Positions 9,673 through 20,300 of a stretch of DNA of 64,000 nt are shown piece after piece. The notes under the pieces were generated by a model, which was not told the origin of the DNA, searched no databases, and saw nothing but the letters and a program-made list of their open reading frames with translations. The stretch spans positions 49,148 to 113,147 of the forward strand of contig JAOZPG010000004.1 of the NCBI GenBank assembly GCA_029932855.1, in the 5' to 3' direction. Within the stretch, counting starts at the first letter, position 1. The number at the start of each line of letters is the position of its first letter. This stretch comes from Bacteroidales bacterium. Its GTDB lineage: Bacteria > Bacteroidota > Bacteroidia > Bacteroidales > VadinHA17. The position numbers and the translations under genes are program-made.

Positions 9673-10757
9673 TGGGGAAATCCTTAAATACAAGATTGTT
9701 TGTGGTCTTTTGCATTTTCCTTGCGGGCTTTATGCTTACTAATCACAAATTTATAAGAAACCGGTCTTTTTATTATAGCAGGTCTATGCATAAGGCTGTT
9801 GAGTTGTCACAAGCATGGTTTGATATTATTGCACGGGAAAAGGGAAAAAGAGGAATAATTTCGGATGTAAATTCGAAAGTATTGAATAATCATATGATTG
9901 GAGATGATTATACTTATATTACTACTACCCTTGGGTCTCTAAGTTCCAAGGAGATATCTACGAATCCTGATTTTGCTGCCTTAATAGTGCGCCTCCTTAA
10001 AGAGGCTGGTATTGAACCCGGGGATAAAGTGGGACTGATCATGTCAGGTTCTTTCCCGGCTCTTGCTGTTTCTTCCCTGGCAGCATTACAAGTTATGGGA
10101 TTAGAGACTGTTCTTATGAGTTCATTAGGGGCATCGACTTATGGGGCTAATCAGGAAATGGCTACATGGATTGACATTGAGAGTTGGCTTTCACAGTACG
10201 GTGGATTAAAATACAGATCGGTTGTAGTTACGCTGGGAGCTGAAAATGATGCCGGTGAGGGATTGTCAGATGAAGGGCTAAGCATAATGAGAAATGCTAT
10301 TTCCCGGAATCAATATAATCTGTATATTCCTGGTTCACTTGAGGAATCAATCCGGCATAAGTTTGATATTTTTTCTTCTGCAGGCATTGACATTCTTATT
10401 AATATCGGAGGTAACCAGTCTGCCCTGGGAGGATGCACTCATGCTTCCGGTCTTCCAAACGGGCTGTACAAAGATCTAGTGCTGTGTAATGATCCGGACC
10501 GTGGCCTGATACAGGAAATGATTGCAAAAGATGTGCCTGTAATAAACTTATTGAATATAAAGGACCTGGCTTCAAACTATGGAATTGACCTCTTACCCGG
10601 TGTTACTTATTCTGGTTCAACAAAATTGTTTATTGAGCAGGAAGTAAATAAAAATGCTGTTTTAATAACTTTACTGGTTGGGATCTTAAGTATAATAATC
10701 CTTTTTCCTTTAAAGAATTTTTTTAGAGAGACTGTAAATAATGCAAATAAATTTTAA
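9669..10757 (+). CDS. Third PGA-locus membrane protein, not PgsA/CapA; probably the 'poly-gamma-glutamate system protein' family of PgsA-less loci
   Basis: Its start overlaps the pgsC stop (GTGA; an alternative ATG lies at 9672). TM helices sit at both ends around a ~300-aa domain. I recognise no CapA metallophosphatase motifs. The family assignment rests on position and architecture. Confidence 0.5.
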   Translation: MMGKSLNTRLFVVFCIFLAGFMLTNHKFIRNRSFYYSRSMHKAVELSQAWFDIIAREKGKRGIISDVNSKVLNNHMIGDDYTYITTTLGSLSSKEISTNPDFAALIVRLLKEAGIEPGDKVGLIMSGSFPALAVSSLAALQVMGLETVLMSSLGASTYGANQEMATWIDIESWLSQYGGLKYRSVVVTLGAENDAGEGLSDEGLSIMRNAISRNQYNLYIPGSLEESIRHKFDIFSSAGIDILINIGGNQSALGGCTHASGLPNGLYKDLVLCNDPDRGLIQEMIAKDVPVINLLNIKDLASNYGIDLLPGVTYSGSTKLFIEQEVNKNAVLITLLVGILSIIILFPLKNFFRETVNNANKF

Positions 10758-10758
10758 G

Positions 10759-12015
10759 ATGTTAAAAAAGATATTTATAACTTTTTCTGTTCTGACACTG
10801 TTTGCATTGTCAGAAGCGGATAGTCAGACATATACCGGGGACATTGAAGTATATATAAATACATTTATAGACAATATGCCGGGCCGGGACGGGAATGATT
10901 ATACGATCCCTGGAGAAAATGAACTTACTATCTGGGCTGACATGTTAAGTGATCTGCTGGATGATGAGCTAACAAATGCAAGGCAGAAAGCCTCGCAAAT
11001 TAATTATCAGATCGTTGAATTTGCAGATAACAGTGTAACGCCTAATGCCTCATACTATGTAATTGAAGAAAAAGCAGACAGGCAGCATTACTGGGGCACA
11101 TATATAATTAACCGCTTTCCTTTACGTAGTCAGTTAGTTATACAGGCCCCTCATCCGCTTTATGATTTTAATACCGGAAAGCAGGGGATATTCTGTTTTA
11201 AGAGACTGGGGGCCCAGGCCTTTTTTATAAGTGGGACACATAGATGTAACAGCGACAATGCATCTCCATGCTCGGGAACAACAAGCGCATGTAGTGCCAG
11301 CCCGGCTTCCTACAGGCTTTCTGATAATCCTCATAATCTGCAATCTGTTTTTCAGAAAACAACTGAGATAATATATGATAAGATGAGTAATACTTATTTT
11401 GTTCAGCTTCATGGTTTTGCAAAGGGAGCAGGTGATCCATATCTTATTATGAGCAATGGAACCAGGGATACACCTGATCCTGACTATATCCCGGTTTTGA
11501 AGAATGAGCTTTACAGAATTGACAACACTCTTACATTTAAGATTGCGCATATAGATATCTCCTGGTCAAGACTTTTGGCGTTTACAAATGTGCAGGGCCG
11601 TTATATCAATAACTCCATTTTTCCCTGCAGCCAGAATGCAACACAAAGCAGTGGGAGGTTTATACATTTAGAACAGGAAAGGGAAAGACTCAGAGCAAAT
11701 ATTTTTGGTTGGCTTAAAATGTATGAGGCCCTGGGCAATACTTTTCCTGAAAGCTCATCTTATTCGGAAGGATTGTCAGTGAATCAGGGGGATGACATTA
11801 TTATTTATACAAGGCCTTCCCTGGGATTAATAAATATCAAAGCATCTGCTCCTTTTACATATTCAGTTTATAATCTTTCAGGAAAATGTATTTATCATGC
11901 CTCTTCAACGGAAGAGCTTGCCAGTATAGGAACAGAAAGCCTGATTCCGGGACTTTATCTCGTGAAGGTAAGGACCAATAAATCAGTCGGTACACAAAAA
12001 GTCATAATAGAGTAA
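10759..12015 (+). CDS. T9SS-exported protein with FGase/PghP-like zinc-hydrolase-fold N-domain (candidate PGA depolymerase)
   Basis: Signal peptide MLKKIFITFSVLTLFALS. Motifs IQAPHPLYDFNTGKQG and VQLHGF echo the PHGG / LHG pattern of the 3814 gene. The C-terminus is a Por/T9SS sorting domain (SVYNLSGKCIY....GLYLVKVRT....QKVIIE). An alternative ATG lies at 10741. Confidence 0.55.
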   Translation: MLKKIFITFSVLTLFALSEADSQTYTGDIEVYINTFIDNMPGRDGNDYTIPGENELTIWADMLSDLLDDELTNARQKASQINYQIVEFADNSVTPNASYYVIEEKADRQHYWGTYIINRFPLRSQLVIQAPHPLYDFNTGKQGIFCFKRLGAQAFFISGTHRCNSDNASPCSGTTSACSASPASYRLSDNPHNLQSVFQKTTEIIYDKMSNTYFVQLHGFAKGAGDPYLIMSNGTRDTPDPDYIPVLKNELYRIDNTLTFKIAHIDISWSRLLAFTNVQGRYINNSIFPCSQNATQSSGRFIHLEQERERLRANIFGWLKMYEALGNTFPESSSYSEGLSVNQGDDIIIYTRPSLGLINIKASAPFTYSVYNLSGKCIYHASSTEELASIGTESLIPGLYLVKVRTNKSVGTQKVIIE

Positions 12016-12016
12016 G

Positions 12017-13555
12017 CTATATCGCTCCCTGGTATGCAGCATAACCAGGATTTTGTTCATCCCTGATATTTGGATTTGCATCCATTTCCGGTTGAGGAAT
12101 AGGATACACAACCTTGTGGAAATTCTCATCATTACGACCATTAACCGGATCGATGCTAAGCGGAACGGGATGAGAGCTGTCTCGTGTAAATGATCTGCCT
12201 TTTCTAAGATAGTCGTAAAGTTCATGACCTTCAAGAGCCAGTTCTCTTCGCCTTTCATTAAATATTTCAGTTTTAAGAGCAGGTCCCGTAAGGCTTGTAA
12301 GTGTTGAGTCTGTACGTGCCTGGAAAACTTTATTCAGGTATGTGAGTGCTTCTGTATCATGACCATCAAGCTCAGAGTATGCTTCTGCTGCAATAAGCAG
12401 TATCTCAGGCAGACGAATATAAGCTACATCGTGGACCAAAGGGGATTCAACACCCGGATATTTATGATAAGCCCTTGCAGAATATTCGGGATCACCAGGC
12501 TGGCTCGATGGAGAACTGGTTTTATCTTCCTTAAACAATTCATTTCTGATATCTTCATCGGCAAACAGGTTAATAAATGCATTTGAAGCTCCATAGTCAC
12601 CATAGCCAACAGAATTCACATCTATACGTCCCTCGGAATTTACAGACCTGACAGAATAATAAGCAATACAACTTGTACCAAGGTTATCATTCAGATCGTA
12701 ATAGAGTTCAAAGACTGCTTCACTGTTAAACCTTTCTATCAGGCTTCTGATATATTCAGGTTTTTCTATCATGTTTCCACCAAGAGATTCTGCCATCAGG
12801 GCTGCATCAGCAGCTAACTGCCAGTCTTCATTATACAAATATACCTTTGCCAGTATACCCCAGAGGGCTTGTTCTGTAAGATACTGTTTGTTGACTTTGC
12901 TTTTATCAATAAGCTCTATTGAACTATTGAGTAACTCAATAACATAGTCATAACAGTTATCAAGGCTTTCTCTTCCCGGAGGATTTTCAATGGCATTGGA
13001 ATTATCAAGATTGCTTTTCAGCAGGGGAACACCCATGCTGTACAGATCATCATCCCTGGCCATCCATGGAGGGTAGCAAAAAGCCTTTAGCAGTTCAAGA
13101 TAAGAGATTGCCTTAATGGCCTTTGCCTGGGCAAGCATATGATCTTTAATATTATTATCTCCTTCCAGATCGGGAATAACCGAAATAACAGAGTTGCAGT
13201 TTGCAATGGTTTTGTATGAATAATTCCATAAATAACCAGCATAACCAGCTCTTGAAGATATTTCTCCATATTTATATTCAAGGTCAAAACGCCTATTGGG
13301 ATTCTCAACAAAATGAAAGAAATCGGCTGCTTTCAATGATCCTCTAAGGGGAACGGTTCTACCTAGGAAAGATCCTTCGGAAAGAAGGTCATACAAAGCC
13401 GTTATAGTCATCTGTGCATATTCCACATCCGAGAATAATTGTTCGGCAGTAAGAGCATTGTCGGGATACCTGTCAAGAAAATCTTCACAGCCTGAAGATA
13501 CTAACAGGAGCAGGCTAATTAATGCAGCAAGTATTTTTGTATTTAAAGTCTTCAT
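12017..13555 (-). CDS. SusD/RagB-family outer-membrane lipoprotein
   Basis: Lipobox LLLVSSGCEDF. SusD-like TPR-rich composition and a conserved C-terminal region (ERRRELALEGHELYDYLR). It lies immediately downstream of the SusC-like gene. Confidence 0.85.
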   Translation of the reverse strand: MKTLNTKILAALISLLLLVSSGCEDFLDRYPDNALTAEQLFSDVEYAQMTITALYDLLSEGSFLGRTVPLRGSLKAADFFHFVENPNRRFDLEYKYGEISSRAGYAGYLWNYSYKTIANCNSVISVIPDLEGDNNIKDHMLAQAKAIKAISYLELLKAFCYPPWMARDDDLYSMGVPLLKSNLDNSNAIENPPGRESLDNCYDYVIELLNSSIELIDKSKVNKQYLTEQALWGILAKVYLYNEDWQLAADAALMAESLGGNMIEKPEYIRSLIERFNSEAVFELYYDLNDNLGTSCIAYYSVRSVNSEGRIDVNSVGYGDYGASNAFINLFADEDIRNELFKEDKTSSPSSQPGDPEYSARAYHKYPGVESPLVHDVAYIRLPEILLIAAEAYSELDGHDTEALTYLNKVFQARTDSTLTSLTGPALKTEIFNERRRELALEGHELYDYLRKGRSFTRDSSHPVPLSIDPVNGRNDENFHKVVYPIPQPEMDANPNIRDEQNPGYAAYQGAI

Positions 13556-13571
13556 TTTTTCTTAATAAATA

Positions 13572-16500
13572 TTAAAAACTAAGGTTTACTCCAAAACTGA
13601 ATGTTTGAGGAGGCGGGAAATCATAAACATACCTGTAACCATTAACCCTTATCTCGGGATCAAAATTTGGCATTTCTGTAAGTACGAACAGATTCTCTGC
13701 CTGGAAATATATCTTACAGGCAGATATTTTCAGCTTGCTTACCATGTTTGAGGGGATTCTGTAGCTAAGCTTTATATTTTTCATCTTAAAGTAGTCTCCA
13801 TCATATGCATAGCGGGTGGAAAAGCCACTTGAGTTAGCAGTGCTTCCATTCCACCTTATGGGATTAGCTGCTGAAGTGTTATGAGGTGTCCAGCTATCCA
13901 GCTGGGAAGTTTCTGCGTTAAGATTTGCCTGTTGTCCGTCTGTCTGAGTGTATCTGCTGGCACAATAATCGAGGGTGTAGAAATCCAGACCAAAAGAGAA
14001 AAGCATATCCAGGTCAAAGTTCCTGTATTTAAGAAGTGAAGAAATACCCCCGTAATATTTAGGTTCACGGGTTCCTATGATTTGTCTGGTTGCTTCTCCA
14101 TAACTATAAGTAATTTGCTTCTCCCCGGTTGTCTCATCAATATGAAACCAGGTGGGACTACCGGTTTCGGGATCAACCCCGGCATATTCAGGAAGGTATA
14201 AAGAGCCTTCAGCATAGCCGACTCTGTCGATATTGGTCGTGCCCACATTATCATTAGGAAGTTCAGTTATGATATTTGTAAGAGTTGACAGGTTTAGAAC
14301 CAGGTTCCATGATAATTGATTCATGCGAATGATATTGGCATCAAGGTTATACTCGAAGCCATAATTCTTCATAGCTCCCATATTTACAGTGGCCTGAGTA
14401 AATCCTGTTGTCCGGGAGATTTCACGGTCAAACAGGAGGTCTTTTGCCTGACGGTTATAGTATTCTGCACTAAAAAATATCCTCCCGTCAAGAACTTTTA
14501 TTTCCACGCCAAGGTTTATGTTATTGCTTTGTTCCCAGCTAAGTCCCATGTTGGCAACATTTGTAACCCTGGCACCAGACATATTAAAATAATCATTTCC
14601 AAGGGTATAGTTTCCAAGGTATTCAAACAGACCACCAGGGAGTGTTCCGTTAATACCATAACTGGCACGTATCTTTGCATCATCCAGCCAGGCAAAATCC
14701 ATAAATCTTTCTTCAGAGAGTCTCCATGAACCGGAAACCGAATAAAAATGTCCCCATCGGCTTTCGGGGCCAAACCTTGAAGAAGCATCGGCCCTGTAGC
14801 TTAGCTGAGCATAATATTTATTCTTATAATTATAATTCAGCCTTGATAAAGCTGAAAGCAGGGCATCATCATATGATCTGCCTGTAGCTTCTGTTGGAAT
14901 AGTGCCGGCGCTGAGAATAGGAGTAAGATTTGTTGCATAATTTGTTGATACTGCACCAAGCAAATTTGTATGAGTCCATTCTGCTTCCCATCCTGCAAGG
15001 GCAGAAAAGTTATGCTTCTCATTTATACTTTTGTCAAAATTCATTATAGTTGATGAAGTGAGCCTTCGTCTTTGAGTCTCCAGATCCTGCCTTCTGCCAC
15101 TATATCCGGCAGCAGTTCCGATATCTTTGTTTTCCCATCGTATTTCGTGATTTGGACGGTTATCATAACCAAATGTGGATTTAAGAAAGAGGTCGTCACT
15201 AAAATTTAATTGCAGCCATGCTGTTCCCATGGTCCTGTAGCTGTATGAATTATATATATTCATATCCATTATTGCTATAGGGTTATATCCATTAAGCATA
15301 TTTCCCGGAAGCTGTGTGTTTGGCTCTCCATCAATATATACAGGTACAACAGAAGGGATATTTGCTGCTGCCCTAAGGGGATTGGCATACAGATTTCCCT
15401 GCAGGGGGCCATTCTGATTATAATATGACATTGCCATATTAATGCCAAGCCATATTGTTTTATTTGTTTTCGAGATTAAATTCAAACGGCCGGAGAAACG
15501 AGTAAGATCAGAACCTATAATTGTACCTGTTTGCTTGAAATATTCTCCGGATGTGAAAAAAGTAAGACCGTTCTGACCACCGGATGCAGACAGATTTACT
15601 TTTTGTGTGCCACCGGGTTGTGAAACCACATCATACCAATTGGTATTGGGGTATTTATCATAACCGTCTCCCCAGAAGTCGTACTCAGTGCCATTTATAG
15701 CATAGGCGGAATTAAAACTCGCCCTTGCCATATCAAGGTAATAGTTATAAGTATTCTCATTATCATAACTGTTCTTAATGTATTCAATGGGACTTAGTCC
15801 CGTAAAAATGGCATCCATGGCCATTACCCTGTGTAGTTCACCGGTAACCCATAGTTCTGCAAACTCATCCTTATTTGCCATGGGTTTAGTATATAGTCCG
15901 TTTGCAATACCTACCTGTACATCGAGATTAAACTTTGTTTGGCCTTCCTTACCCTGTTTGGTGGTTATTAATATTACTCCGTTTGCTGCCCGTGATCCGT
16001 AAAGTGCAGAAGCAGCAGCATCTTTTAGAACGGTAATGCTTTCAATATCACTGGGATTAATGCTTGCCATGGCGTTGCCATCTGTTGCGCTGAACTGGAC
16101 CAGGTCGCTCATATTTACTGCTATCCCATCAATAACATATAAGGGAGAGAGAGAAGCGTTAACCGAACCTGTTCCCCTTATTCTTACAACTTCCCCGTCG
16201 CCGGGCTGACCGGATGTGGCGATGGCAACACCAGTAGTATTGGCAGCAAGAGCGGCAGTAAATGAAGAAACAGGCCTGCTTTCCAGTTTATCAGCTTTTA
16301 CAACACTGGCCGAGCCGGTAAAAGATTCTCTCTTGGTTGTTCCGTATGCTACTACCATTACCTCGGACAGCTTTTTTGAATCTTCCATCAGGATAACAGA
16401 TATATCCTGTTCGCCATTAATCTTAAGTTCTTTGGTTTTCATTCCCACATATGAGAAAACCAGTATGTCACCTATGGAAACTTCAATTGAGAAATGACCG

Positions 16501-16730
16501 TCAACATCTGTTGTAACTCCTGTTGTAGGATTACTCTTATTTACTATTGATACTCCAATAAGAACCTGTCCGTCTTTATCACTAACAGTTCCCGAAACAA
16601 TAAGTTGCTGTTTGTTTTTTTCAGACAGAGATGCTAATTCTCCGGTTGAATAGGAATAACCCGGAACAGTAAGAAAATAAAAGAGAGATAATATTATCAG
16701 CCTCAAATTTAACTTAATAGTACTCTTCAT
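13572..16730 (-). CDS. SusC/RagA-family TonB-dependent outer-membrane transporter
   Basis: Signal peptide, then a carboxypeptidase-regulatory-like N-domain (VSGTVSDKDGQVLIGVSIV....TTDVDGHFSI). A plug region follows (VVAYGTTKRESFTGSA, NPSDIESITVLKDAAASALYGSRAANGVILITTK). The protein is 1052 aa and ends with a terminal Phe. Confidence 0.9.
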   Translation of the reverse strand: MKSTIKLNLRLIILSLFYFLTVPGYSYSTGELASLSEKNKQQLIVSGTVSDKDGQVLIGVSIVNKSNPTTGVTTDVDGHFSIEVSIGDILVFSYVGMKTKELKINGEQDISVILMEDSKKLSEVMVVAYGTTKRESFTGSASVVKADKLESRPVSSFTAALAANTTGVAIATSGQPGDGEVVRIRGTGSVNASLSPLYVIDGIAVNMSDLVQFSATDGNAMASINPSDIESITVLKDAAASALYGSRAANGVILITTKQGKEGQTKFNLDVQVGIANGLYTKPMANKDEFAELWVTGELHRVMAMDAIFTGLSPIEYIKNSYDNENTYNYYLDMARASFNSAYAINGTEYDFWGDGYDKYPNTNWYDVVSQPGGTQKVNLSASGGQNGLTFFTSGEYFKQTGTIIGSDLTRFSGRLNLISKTNKTIWLGINMAMSYYNQNGPLQGNLYANPLRAAANIPSVVPVYIDGEPNTQLPGNMLNGYNPIAIMDMNIYNSYSYRTMGTAWLQLNFSDDLFLKSTFGYDNRPNHEIRWENKDIGTAAGYSGRRQDLETQRRRLTSSTIMNFDKSINEKHNFSALAGWEAEWTHTNLLGAVSTNYATNLTPILSAGTIPTEATGRSYDDALLSALSRLNYNYKNKYYAQLSYRADASSRFGPESRWGHFYSVSGSWRLSEERFMDFAWLDDAKIRASYGINGTLPGGLFEYLGNYTLGNDYFNMSGARVTNVANMGLSWEQSNNINLGVEIKVLDGRIFFSAEYYNRQAKDLLFDREISRTTGFTQATVNMGAMKNYGFEYNLDANIIRMNQLSWNLVLNLSTLTNIITELPNDNVGTTNIDRVGYAEGSLYLPEYAGVDPETGSPTWFHIDETTGEKQITYSYGEATRQIIGTREPKYYGGISSLLKYRNFDLDMLFSFGLDFYTLDYCASRYTQTDGQQANLNAETSQLDSWTPHNTSAANPIRWNGSTANSSGFSTRYAYDGDYFKMKNIKLSYRIPSNMVSKLKISACKIYFQAENLFVLTEMPNFDPEIRVNGYRYVYDFPPPQTFSFGVNLSF

Positions 16731-17326
16731 TTCATATTTTGTTTAATAAGATTTATCAAGGACTTTTTATTGCTTAATCTGCTATTCAATAACTGTGCTA
16801 AGAATTGATAGTTGTTTATCCACATTCAGGTATTCAGGTATTCTAAGTTTGCTAGTCCCCTGATGATAAACTTATTATAAAAATATGAAACAAAAAAAAC
16901 TAATCTGACTTAATCATAAAACTTATTCTGGCGATATTATCTGACCGGTATTTTGTGACAATAAAGCACAATCAACGTGCTGTTTGATCGCACTTTTTCC
17001 ACTTGCCAAAGGCTTATTATATATTTTCTTATTTAGAGTATATCCAAATAACTTATTTGATAATTTATATCATGCCGGGAAATAATAGCCTGAATATACT
17101 GTATAATCATTCATTGAACCCCACAATAGCATATGTTAATTCGAAAGTATATGTATTTAGCAACTGACACGGCTTATTGGATTTGGTTTTGGTATGATTA
17201 TGGCTTAACAGGAAGAGAAAAAGCAGAAAGTTTAAACTTTAAGCTGCTTTCAGTTAGTATTAAAAATATTCTTAACTTGTATTGAGTTTATTCAAAATCC
17301 AATAATATTTAATTAAATATGCTATT

Positions 17327-20300
17327 ATGAAAGATTTTTACAAAATGAAGTTTTTTGCAGTCTTATTGCTATTGGGAACTATTAGTCTGGCTAATGCCCA
17401 GACCATTATTTATGTTTCTGACGGTGGCACCGGAGATGGCTCGACATGGGCACTGGCTACCGGCAACATACAGGATGCAATTGAGTCTGCTTCAGCGGGA
17501 ACAGAAATATGGGTTCAGGCAGGTACCTATTATGTGCCGGGAGACACAATGTTTGTTCTTAAAGAGGGTGTTAGTTTGTACGGAGGTTTTACAGGGACAG
17601 AGGATAATACTCTTCAAAGAACGGATTTTAGAATGGGAGGAGGAAATGAAACTATTTTAAGTGCTGATATTGATAAAAATGCCGTTAACGATGCCTCAAA
17701 TGCAACCAGGGTAATGTATGGTGTGGATATTACATCGGCAACAAGCCTTGATGGCTTCACTATCAGGGATGGATTTGCAGATGGTTCAGGAGATGACGGA
17801 GGGGGTTTACGTATTAACGGGGGAGATATGAATATTTCTAACTGTACATTTGCTTATAATTATTGTGATGACAATGGAGCAGGATTATATTTGTATAATT
17901 CGGCCACTCCCGATGTAAACAATTGTTTTTTTACTGCTAATTACGCAGATGACAAGGGAGGTGGTGCATATACTGCCACTGCCTGTAATGCACATTTTAT
18001 AAACTGCGTTTTTGAAAATAATTCTGCTGATACTGATGCAGGTGCATTCAGGACATACAAGTCATCTCCTGTATTGACTAATTGTACTTTTGTCAGGAAT
18101 GCCCTTGCCGGCGGAGATGGTTCAGCATTTGATGCCAATAATTCTTTATCCTCACCAACATTAATAAACTGTGTGTTTTGGGGAAATGTTGAAGCAGGTG
18201 TGCCGGATGAAGATCTTAGTCTTACCACAAGTGCTACGGTAACACTTATAAATTGTGCTTTTCAGGGGACTTTTTCCGCCGCCGGTGCAACTGCAAGCGG
18301 AACGATAGACATAAGCGCTACAGATCCCCTGTTTGTGAATACAGCGGGTACTGCAGGATATGCTGGTTATGATGCAGCGGCAGACTGGAATATACAGGCT
18401 GCTTCAGTACTTGTTAATGCAGGTATCGCAGATGGTGCTCCTGCCCTTGATGTTAATTCAGGATTAAGGGATGCTAGTCCTGACGTTGGAGCTTATGAAT
18501 ACGGAGCTTCAAGCTGGGACTACATAATTGATGTTGTTGTGCTTAGCGGAGAAGGATATGTTACTCCTGAAACCGGATATGTGGCTGCGGGTAATAACGT
18601 GGATTTTATTATTACTCCGGGTGCCGGTTATGAAATCAGTGCTGCTACTTATAATAGTACAGACGTATTCGGGTCGCTGGTTGATAATGCTAATAATACT
18701 TTTACATATACGGCTCAGGCTGTAGCTGCTAACGGATTACTTGAAATTACATTTTTTCAAGCTGCCCCTGAATATACCGTAACGGCATCAGCAGGAACAA
18801 ACGGTACCATAGATCCTTCAGGAGATACTCTTGTTACAGAATTTGATGAGACTGTATTTACAATTACTCCTGATGTAGGTTATAAGCTGGCAACATTTAC
18901 AGTGAATTCAACGGATGCCAGCGGAGATCTTGTGGCAATAGCAGGAGGAGCCTATACTTATACATTGTCCTCTGTTAATGCCAATACCATTATTGAAGCT
19001 ACTTTTTCAGAAATAGTAGCAAGCATAAGGTATATTAAAACCGGGGGAACCGGTGATGGTTCTTCGTGGGCAAATGCCGGGGGAAGTATACAGGATGCTT
19101 TGCTGGCCAGCTCTTTTGGAGATGAAGTTTGGGTGGCAGCAGGTACATACCTGACACCAGGCGAAGTTATTGATTCTTCATATACTCTTGTTGACGGTGT
19201 TAGCCTCTATGGTGGCTTTGCAGGAACTGAATCATCAAAAGACGACAGAAACAGCTTCAGGATGGGCCAGTCAAATGAAACAAAACTAAGTGCTGACCTT
19301 GATGGTAACGGGTTTCTTACCGGAGGCAATGGGCACAGGGTAGTATATGGGGAATTTATTTCATCAGCCACAACGATTGATGGATTTACAATAAGCGGAG
19401 GTTTTTCTGATGCAAGTGGAAGCAACGGGGCAGGTATGAAATTAAAGGCTTCTTCACCTAACATAATTAACTGTACCTTTTTCGATAATTACTGTGATGA
19501 TGGCTCAGCCCTTTATCTTTACAGGAGTGGAGATGATGTTTCAAGTCCTGTAGTTGAGAATTGTTATTTCTTAAAGGGTTTTGCAAATGATGACGGAGGG
19601 GCTGTTTATAATGCATCGGGAACTCTTGCAAAATTTATTAATTGTGTATTTGCAAATAACATGGCAAATGATGAAGGAGGTGCTATAAGGAATTTTGAGT
19701 GTTCACCTGAATTTTATAATTGCACTTTTGTTTATAATGCCCTTCCTGAATCCGATCCTAATGGAGGAGGAACATACGGACCTGCTATCAGGAATTACCA
19801 GGGATCTTCATCGCCATATATGAATACCGAACCTAAAATAGTTAATAGTGTTTTCTGGAGAAACCAGGACGGTTCTGGTGAACATAGTTATGATATTAGC
19901 AATACAGGCAATATGGCCACCGCCGGGGCTAATGCTACTGTTATTAATTGTGCATTTATGGATTCTCTGAGTAGTTCATGTATTATGGTTGATACTCTTG
20001 ATATAGGACCTGCTGACGGATCAATTTTAAATCCAGGATTTATTGATATAAGCGGAACCCCGGGATACCAGGGTTATAATGCAGCTTCAGACTGGAACCT
20101 GACGGAGACTTCGGTTCTAATCGCTAAAGGAACAAATACAGAAGAAGGTGTTCCCACTACCGATATCAATGGCTTTGACAGGGGTCCGGAAGTTGATATT
20201 GGAGCATATGAATATGGTAGTGCTTCCGGAATAAAACAGTATAAAGCGCTTTCCGGTTTTGAAGCCTTGTTGTATCCAAATCCGTCTTCCGGAAGATTTG

